Made by a program: the position numbers and the translations under genes. Shown one piece after another: positions 55,226-64,000 of a stretch of DNA of 64,000 nucleotides. Source of the DNA: the human T2T-CHM13v2.0 reference genome, Homo sapiens; assembly GCF_009914755.1 (NCBI RefSeq), contig NC_060930.1. The stretch is one strand, 5' to 3'. Each line of letters starts with the position of its first letter. Position 1 is the first letter of the stretch. The notes beneath the pieces are model-generated. The model was not told where the DNA came from. It worked only from the letters and a program-made list of their open reading frames with translations, and did no database searches.

Positions 55226-57898
55226 TTCATTATTGAGGTAAAATTTACATTATTCATACTGTGTACCAGGCACTGTTTTTTATGATATATTATGGTTTAA
55301 AAAAGACTTAACATGAGGTCTACAATCTTAGCAAATATTTCAGTGTACAGTACAGTGTTGTTAACTATAGGCACAACGTTGCATGCAGATCCCTAGGACG
55401 TATTCATCTTACATAACTGAAATTTTACACTCATTGAACAGCAATCTCTTATTTCCCCACCTCTCTTTCAGCCTCCAGCAACCACCATTCTACCCTCTGC
55501 TTCTAGGAGTTTTACTATTTTAGATTCCTCATATAAGTATCTGCCCTTTTCTGCCTGGCTTATTTCACCCTGCGTAAGGTGTTCAGAGTTCATTCATGTT
55601 GTCACATGGATAGGATTTCCTTCTTTTTTAAGTCTACATAATATTCCATTGTATGTATATCACATGTTTTTCCTACTCATCCATCAATGGACCTTTAAGC
55701 TGTTTTCACATCTTGGCTATTATAAGTAATGTTGCAATGGACATGTGAGGTCAAATATCTCTTTGAGATCCCTATTTTAATTCTTTTGGATAAATGCCTA
55801 GAAATGGGATATTTGGATTGTTTGGTACTTATAATTTTTCAAGGAACCCCCACACTGTTTGCCATAGAAGATGCACTGTTTTACATTCCCATCCACAGTG
55901 TACAAGAGTTCCAATATCTCCACCTCTTTATCAATACTTGTTATTATTTGTTTCTTGGTAATAGACATCCTAATAGGTACAAGGTAATATATGAATAGGT
56001 TTTAATTTACCTTTCCTGATGATTAGTGATATTGAGCATCTTTTCATATACACGGTGTTCATGTGTATATCGTCTCTGAAGAAACATCTATTGAAATCCT
56101 TTGCCCATATTTTACTTGGGTGAAATATGGCAAGAGGTGTGGCTATTTATTTGTAGTGATTCCTTATATATTTTAGATGTTAAACTTTTATTGGATATAT
56201 AGTTTGTAAAAATTTTCTCTCATTCAAGACATTTCCATACAGTAGATTTCTTTCACTTTGTTGATTATTTCCTCTGTTCTGCAGAAGCTTCTTAGTTTGA
56301 TATAGTCTTACTTGTCTCTTTTAGTGTTTAATGTCTGTGTTTTTGGTGTCATATCCAATAACTCATTGCCTAGACCAAATATCAAGGAGCTTCCTCCCTA
56401 TGTTTTCTTCTAAGGGTTTTACAGTTTCAGGTATTCCATTTAAGCTATTAATTCATTTTAAGTTGATTTTTGTCTATCATATAAGATAGGGTTTAATTTC
56501 AATCTTTTGCATGTGGATACTAGTTTTCCTACCACCATTTGTTTAAGAGGCTATTCTTTCCTGATTAGATACACTGGCAATCTTGTCAAAGATCAGTTGA
56601 CCACATATGGATGAGTTTATTTCTGGACTCTCTGTTTTGTAATATTGGTTTATATGTCTATCTTTATGCCAGTACCATACTATTTTGATTATTTTAACAT
56701 TGTCATGTATTTTGGAATCAGTAAGTACTGTATTTTGAAGTCTGAGGCCTCAAAATTTATTTTTCTTTCTCAGGATTGATTTTGGCTTTTCATGGCCTGT
56801 TGTGGGTTTCTAGTGAATTTTAGGATTATATTTCCTATTTCTGTAAATTATGCCATTGGAATTTTGATAGGGATTGCATTGATTCTGCATATTGATTTGG
56901 GTGGTTGGACATTTTAACAATATTAAGTCTTCCAGTCTTTGGACTTTTGATGTCTATTTGCTGTGTTTTTTAAAATTTCTCTCATCAATGCAGTGTTTTT
57001 TTGTAAACAAGTCTTTCACCTCCTTAGTTTATTCTTACATATTTTATTCTTTGTGGTGCACCTGTAAATGACACTGTTTGCCTAATTACCTTTTCAGATA
57101 GTTTTTTGCTAGTATACAGAAATGAAACTGATTTTTGCTGGTTGATTTTGTATCCTGCAACTTTACTAAATGAATTTATTTGTTCTAACAGTGCTTTTTC
57201 TGGAGTCTCTAATGTTGTCTAAGATCATTTGTCTATGTGTCTATAGACTTTAGTGTTGTCTATGTATAAGATTATGTGTATATATGAATACATATATACG
57301 ATCATGTAAGATGGAGTCGGAATATTTTAGTTCTTTCTGTTTTTGATGTCATCAGTTTCTTTTTCTGGCACAGTTGCTCTGGAGAGAACTTCTAGTAATA
57401 TTCTGAAAGAAGTGGTGAGAGTGGCATTCTTGCCTCATTCCTGATTGTAGAGACAAGCTTTCTGTTCTTGTTAAGTCTGATATTAGTTGTGGACTTTTCA
57501 TATATCACTCTTGTTATATTCAGGTAATTTCCTTTACTTCTCATTTTCGAGGGTTTTTATCATAAGAAGGTGTTGAATTTTGCCAAATTCATTTTGTGCA
57601 TATGTTGAGATGATCCTGTGATTTTTATCCTTTATTCTGTTGATTTGCTGTATCACGTTAACTGATTTGGGCATGTTGAACATCCTTGCATCACAGGAAT
57701 AAATGCCGCATAATCATCATCTATGATCCCTTTAATGGGCTGTGGGATTCCATTTGCTAGTATTTTTTTGAAAATTTTTGCATCTATATCCATCATAGAT
57801 ATTGGTGTGTAGTTTTCTTGTGGTTTCTTTGCCTGGCTTTGATATCAGGATAATTACCAGCCTCAAGAATTGAGTTTGTAAATGTTCCCTCATTTTCT

Positions 57899-58670
57899 TT
57901 TTTTTTTTTTTCCAACAGCACATTGAAACAATATTTTACTATTATCGAGTGCAGTTTATCCCAGGGATGTAAAGATAATTTGACACAGGCACATCAATAA
58001 ATGTGATGCATCACATTAACAGAAAGGACAAAAACCCTCTGATCATTTCAAAAGACACATAAAAAGTATTTGACAAAATTCAGCATATACTCATAATAAG
58101 GAAAAATTGTGTACTTGATTAAACGGTTTCTGCTGCTTTTTTCTCTTTTCTTTTTAAAAATAATTTCAACTTTTATTTTAGTTTCAGGGAGTGCATGTAC
58201 GGATTTCTTACATGGGTATATTTTATGATGCTGAGGTTTGAGGTACAGATGACCCTGTGTGATGAGCATAATAACCAGTAGGTAGTTTTTCACCCCACAT
58301 CTCCTTCTTCCCTCCTTTAGTAGTCCCCAGTGTCTGTTGTTTGCATATTTATATCCAAGTGTACTCAACATTTAGCTCCCACGTATCAGTAAGAACATGT
58401 AATTTTTGGTTTTCTGTTCTTGCATTAATTTGCTTAGGATAATGGCCTCCATCTGCGTCCGTGTTGCTGCAAAAGACATGATTTCATTCTTTTTCATGGC
58501 TGCATAATATTCCATGGTGTTTATGTACCACATTTTCTTTATCCAACCCACCATGAGTGGGCACCTAGATTGAGTCCATGTCTTTGCTATTGTGAATAGC
58601 GCTGAGACGGACATGCAAGTGTATGTGTATTTTTGGTACAATCATTTATTTTCCTTTGGGTATATATCCA
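57899..58670 (-). mobile_element. 5'-truncated L1PA16-like insertion carrying a 3'-transduced segment
   Basis: Exact 15-bp TSD gttccctcattttct at 57884-57898 and 58671-58685; L1 3'UTR at about 58156-58670; two A tails. Confidence 0.9.
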
Positions 58671-61600
58671 GTTCCCTCATTTTCTATTTCATATTTTAAA
58701 TATTTGGTAGAATTTAGTAGTGAAGTCATCTTATCCTGGGCTTTTATTTTTTGAGAGGTGTTTGATTACTGATTCTATTTCTTTATGATGTAGTTTTGAT
58801 ATGTGTGTTTCTAGCAATTTGTTCATTTATTCTAGATTATGTAATTTGTTAGGGTATAATTTTTCATACTAGTCTCTTATGTGATCTAACATATGAAATA
58901 CTCTGGAGAAAGATGCATGTCTGAGAAGAGTGTGTATTCTGCTCCTGTTTGGTAGAATGCTCTTTAAATGTCAGGTCCATTTTTTCTTTAATGTTATTCA
59001 GATTATCTGTTTTCTTATCGATCTGTCTGGATGTTGTGTCCATTATTGAAAATGAGGTGTGAAGTCTCCTGCTATTATTGTATTGTGGTCTATTTCTCCT
59101 TTCAGTTCTGTCAATGTTTGCTTTATATATCGAGGTGCTCTGATGTTGAGTGCATATATATGTTTATCATGGCCCTATCTTCTTGACGCATTGACCCTTT
59201 TATCATTATAAAAGCTTTTTCTTTGTCTCTGAAATAGTTTTTGACTTAATGGTCATTTGTCTGATGTACCCCTACTCTCTTTTGGTTATGATTTATAATA
59301 TATGGGATATCATTTTCTATCCCTTCACTTTCAGCCAATGTGTGTCCTTAAATCTAAAGTTTCTTTTTTTTAATCTGTTCAGTCACTCTATGTCTTTTGA
59401 TTAGAGAGTTTAATCCATTTAAAGTAATTATTGATAGGAAAGGATTTGCTATTGACATTTTGTTAGTTGTTTCTTATTATTCTTACAGTACTTTTGTATG
59501 TCTTCCTCTCTTGTTTTCCATTGGGTTTTGTTGGGGTTTTTTTTGGTATTGTTATGCCTCAATTAGTTTTTTGTTCTTGTTGTTTTGTGTAAATTTTACA
59601 GATTTGTATGTGTGTGTGTGTGGTTACCTTGCTACTTACATAAAATATCTTACAACTGTCTACTTTATGCTAATAAGTTGAATTGCATACAAAAACTTAC
59701 AATTTAACTTCCTCCCCAGAACATACTTTATGTTATTATTTTCAAAATCTATTCATATTATTTATCTTTTAATAATTGTGTTTGTATCTTTATAGTTTTC
59801 AAAATAATTTTTTCTTTTAACTTTTATGCTAGAATTAAATGTGTTTTACCCACCACCATTACAATAATACAATATTTTATATTTGTGTATATATTTACTT
59901 TTCTCAACCAGTTTTATACTTTCTTATGCTGTCATGTTGCTGTTTAATGCCTTTTCATTTTGAATTGAAGAACACCACTTAACATTTCTTGTAAGGCAGG
60001 TCCGGTGTTGATGATCTCCCTCAATTTATTTTGTTTGGAAAAGTCTTTATCTCTCTTTCATTTTTAAAGGACAGTTTTTGCCAGGTGGAGTATTATTTGA
60101 TGACAGTTTTATTTTTCTTTTTCCTTCAGCACTTTGAATATATCACCTCATCTTCTGCCCTACATGGTTTCTGTTGATAAATTTACTCATAGTCTCATGG
60201 ATATTTCCTTGTATGGGACTGGTCACATTTTCTTGATGAATTCAAAATTCTCGTTTGTCTTTGACTTTTGATAATTTGATTATAATGTGCCTCAGTGTGT
60301 ATTTCTTTGAATTTGTCTTATTGATGTTCTTTGGATTTGTGGATATGGATGTTCATTAACTTCCCCAGATTTGTGAAGCCTTCAACAATTATTTCTTTGA
60401 ATAAGTTTTCTGGTTGTTTTTCTCTATTATCATTAAGAGACTTCCATAATTTGTATATTGGTCTGCTTGCTGGTATTCCATAAATTTCTTAAGCTTTCTT
60501 TAAATTTTTTTCTATTCTTTTTTTCTCTTTTTACTCCTCCGAGTTATTTCCAGTGACTTCTATTCCAGTTCGCTGATACTTTCTTCTGCTTGATCTAGTC
60601 TGCTGCTGAACCCCTTTAGTGCATTTTTCAGGTCACTTGTGTTCTTCAGCTTCATGATTTTGGTTTAGTACTTTGTAATATTTTCTCTTTCTTTGTTGAA
60701 ATTCTTACTTTCATTGGGCTCTCAACCTTATGAAAGTTATTTTTAATTCATTGTCAGGTTAACCATTTCATTAGGGTTGATTTCTGGAAGTTTATCTTGT
60801 TCCTTTTTTTGGAGCATCTTAGTCGGATTCTTCATTTTTCTTGACTCTCTCTGTTGGTATCTGCACATTAGACAAAGCAGACACCTCTATCAGTCTTTAC
60901 TGACTTGACTTGTACAGAAGGCTCCCACCAATCAACCTACCCAGGGATTCTGGTGGCCTCTATCAACTCTTTTCCTCCCACAGGAAGGGAAGGCTTTTGT
61001 CAGCTTACTCTGTGATAAACTGAAGCTATGGTGTCTATAACCCACTGTTTCTATTTTTCCTCAGGTGGCTAGATTGTGCCATCTCCATCAGAGCTTCAGG
61101 ACTCACAAGGCAGAAGCTAGTTGTTTAGGAAGCCCTAGAGATATTGTAGCATTGGATACACAGATCAACTCTTTCCTTTCCAAGAAGAAAGCTGAAAAAA
61201 AATTGGGATTTTTTTTGTTTGTTCGTTTGCTCACTCTGTGCTGAGCAGTGGGGAGTATCAATGGCCTGTACCAGCCCAAGATGTTGCCTGCATTCTTCCT
61301 CAGGTGTCTAGACTGTGCTGGGCCCATCAGAGCTTCAAGGCTAGCAAGGCAAAGGCCAGTTCTCTGTGTCCCCCCGCCCCGACTCCCCACCCTGCTTCCT
61401 TGGAAATGCAAGGGAACTGAACATGGGATCCAAGCCCTTACCTCCCCTGGGTGAAACCAGGAGCTTGGGCATCTCTTTCTGATCTTAGGGAACCACACTG
61501 AGACAAGGGTGTCTGGTGAGAGGGTGTTTCATATCTCTCTGTCAGCTTCAGTGAGTCTGGTTTTGCATTCTCCCAGGATGCAGGAACCTTTCAATTAGTT

Positions 61601-61689
61601 TCTGATTTCCCACACAGGGAATTCTTCCATCAATTGTGGCTGAATCGATATGCTTGTATGAAGAAGGAGAGTCTAGGATTTCCTGTTCT

Positions 61690-61698
61690 GCCATCTTG
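61690..61698 (+). promoter_or_regulatory. YY1-type motif (gccatcttg) at the L1 5' start
   Basis: Matches the CAAGATGGC motif at the start of L1 5'UTRs; position agrees with the element's 5' boundary; activity unknown. Confidence 0.5.
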
Positions 61699-61710
61699 CT
61701 GACATCACTC

Positions 61711-61990
61711 TGCTACATTCTTGTATGATTAGTTTTGTAGGCATATGTTTTTATGTCTCTTGGGTAAATACTAGGAATACAATTGTTGGCATACAGAGTA
61801 GGCATGTATTTAACACTGTAAGGTATCTTCCAGTTTTTCAAAATGTTTGATTTTCAGTCTGACTAGCAATATATGAGATGTCAAGTTGCTCTGCATTCTA
61901 GCTAACGTGTTGTGTTGTCAGCCTTTTTAATGTCAGCAGTAGTGCTATGTGTGAAGTAAAATTTTAATGAGGTCTTAATTAGCATTTTCT
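61711..61990 (-). mobile_element. Older L1M (MB/ME-type) 3'-region fragment
   Basis: 'catatgtttttatgtctcttgggtaaatactagg...tatgagatgtcaagttgctctgcattc...ttaattagcattttct'. Confidence 0.7.
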
Positions 61991-62550
61991 GGATTTATTT
62001 TTTATGGACATTGAGTAGGTTTATGATGATTGGATATTGTTTCAAGGGAAAGAGTGGTAAAAAGGATGGCACAAGGGACATTTGGCCTTATCAATTAAAA
62101 AGTAGTATTGTCCATTAACAGAAATGGGGATGACTGAAATATATGCAGGTGGGGGCAGGAAAAGGAATATAAAAAATTCAGTATTAGGTGTGTTAATTTT
62201 ATATTCCTATTAGATAAGTTCAAGTAGAGATGTCAAGTAGGAGGTTGGCTATATGAGTTTAAGTTCAGGGAAATATCTATTTGAAAATCATCAGCATATA
62301 GATGTTAATAAAGCCATGAGATTTGGTGAGATCACTAAGGGAGGAATTTTAAGTAGAAAAGAGCTGAGAACTAAGCCCTGGACTCCTCCATAATTGGACC
62401 CATTAAAAGAAACCAGAAAAAGATTTTGAGATTAAGTAGCCAGAGAGGACAGAAGAAACGAGAGAATGTGACACTCAGAAGCCCAATAAAGGAGAGTTTT
62501 CAATAGAGAAGTAGTGATTAATTGTGCCTGATATTGCCCAAAGGGAGGAT
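61991..62550 (-). mobile_element. L2a continuation
   Basis: 'caagtagagatgtcaagtaggaggttgg', 'catcagcatatagatgttaataaagccatgagatttggtgagatcact', 'actaagccctgg'. Confidence 0.8.
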
Positions 62551-64000
62551 TCTGCTACATTCTTAGGGAACAAAAGGTTGTGGTCAGAGGGTGGGATGCT
62601 TGAAGCTATAATTATATTCAGTTCTAGTTATTAGTAATGTAAAGGTCTGGAGAATGATGATTGAGACAGTGGCTCTATTAGGCTGAAGGACAAGATCACA
62701 GGAAGAAAGGAATTTAAGAGACAGGTCAGTTTGTTGGAAGCATGTTGGAACAAGTGATATGCAATTGGAAAAGCTTTTTAAAAATGTGTGTGTGTATGTA
62801 TTTGACAAGCAAGAATAATAGGCTAAATCTGTCAATGTGTCATTTACTAAGATTAAAAAAGGAAGTTTTGTATTGAGGTGTAATATATTAAATGCATCAG
62901 GGAAATAATTATTTAACGTTAGGCTATATATATGGAATTTAATGGATTTAGTTGACTGTGAACTTAGTAAAGCTTTGCCATTAGATTCTTAATGATTTCC
63001 AATAAATTTTTTCAAAAAGGACTTACAAAAAACATGGTTAGTCCTTATCTGTATTAAATAATTTCAGCAACCAAAGTAAGAAAGGCTGCTCCTCTTTACA
63101 AGCATAGGTCAGCCACACCTTAAATGTCATGTGCCTTCACATATTCTATATTGAGCATATCAAAGGAAGAGAGACTAGGATTATGAGCGAAGTTCAAGCC
63201 TTATCACATGACTATAGTGTTATCAGACAGACAATTTCATATATTTCCCTTGAGAAAAAAAAATTAAGGAAAAGTAAATGAGTGGCATTTTATATTCCTC
63301 CTTGAGCAGTAGTGACAGGAGAATGTAGAGATACCCCTGCTTGGCAGTATTAAGAATTTTTATATTTTAGTGATTGATAGCACTGCTTAATCAGCAATGT
63401 AATCCTTAAAAAATTTTGAAAATCAGTAAACGAGTTAACTTTATGGTGAAGACATCACATTTTCTGGATTCTAAGACACCATCAGTTACACCATATACCA
63501 TTATTTTATGTAGCAAACTGCCATTATAATTATGATATGCCTTCATTTTTAAAACTCATTCTGATTTCAGAAATATTAAAATGTGAAAAAAGGGTTTTGG
63601 TATGTATAGTGATATGTAGCAATTAAAAACTGTAGCTCCTCAACTTTTTGTTTTGAATAATGTTGGTGTCTTAGTGTGCTATGTATCTTTCACATAATCC
63701 AAATCTACAAAAATATATTTTTGAAAACACATACTTTTTACTAAATATCAAATGCTTTTTTATATAAAATATTATATTTTATTATAGTTAGAAGATAGCT
63801 AATGCCTTCTCTGAATAACTTTTCAAAGCACGTTCAGCTCTTAGAGATCAGTAACAAAATTCTTATTGGGTTAATATCAGTTTTTCAGATAAAACGTTAT
63901 TCTTCATTTGCTTCACTGATGCCATGTCTTTTGACTATTAGTAACAAAATTAAGTCTACATAAAGAATATGTTAGAGATACCATGTATCCTAATTACTCC

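Larger units (their letters stand above)
55275..61708 (-). mobile_element. Near full-length, decayed L1MA9-like LINE (3'UTR, ORF2, ORF1, 5'UTR), interrupted at 57884-58685
   Basis: 3' end 'acttaacatgaggtctac...gttaactataggcacaacgttg'; continuous antisense ORF2 and ORF1 remnants; the 5' terminus reads gtgatgtcagcaagatggc on the minus strand. Confidence 0.85.

Noticed and set aside
61709-62564. 14-bp direct repeat tctgctacattctt as a TSD
   Set aside because: It encloses parts of two unrelated old repeats, has no tail, and a chance 14-mer match at this distance is plausible in 64 kb.

Overview
AT-rich primate (human-like) non-coding DNA, either intronic or intergenic. I found no CpG island, no supportable protein-coding gene and no RNA gene. 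The ORF track consists of short frames from Alu, L1 or chance. Most recognisable sequence is interspersed repeat: about 12 Alus (J, S and Y types), several L1s, L2 and MIR relics, ERVL/MaLR solo LTRs and MER58B/MER20/Tigger3a DNA transposons. The L1s include a near full-length L1MA9-like element and two L1PA16-like 3' insertions. Repeat subfamily names come from my recall of consensus sequences, not a database search. I see no evidence of a new biological system. The notable signals are retrotransposition footprints: (1) a 196-bp inverted copy of local flanking DNA inside an L1 (84% identical, ungapped); (2) an L1 3' transduction with a 15-bp TSD and an AGTAAA signal; (3) a TSD-flanked solitary poly(A) insertion; (4) multi-level nesting of L2 and L1 elements.
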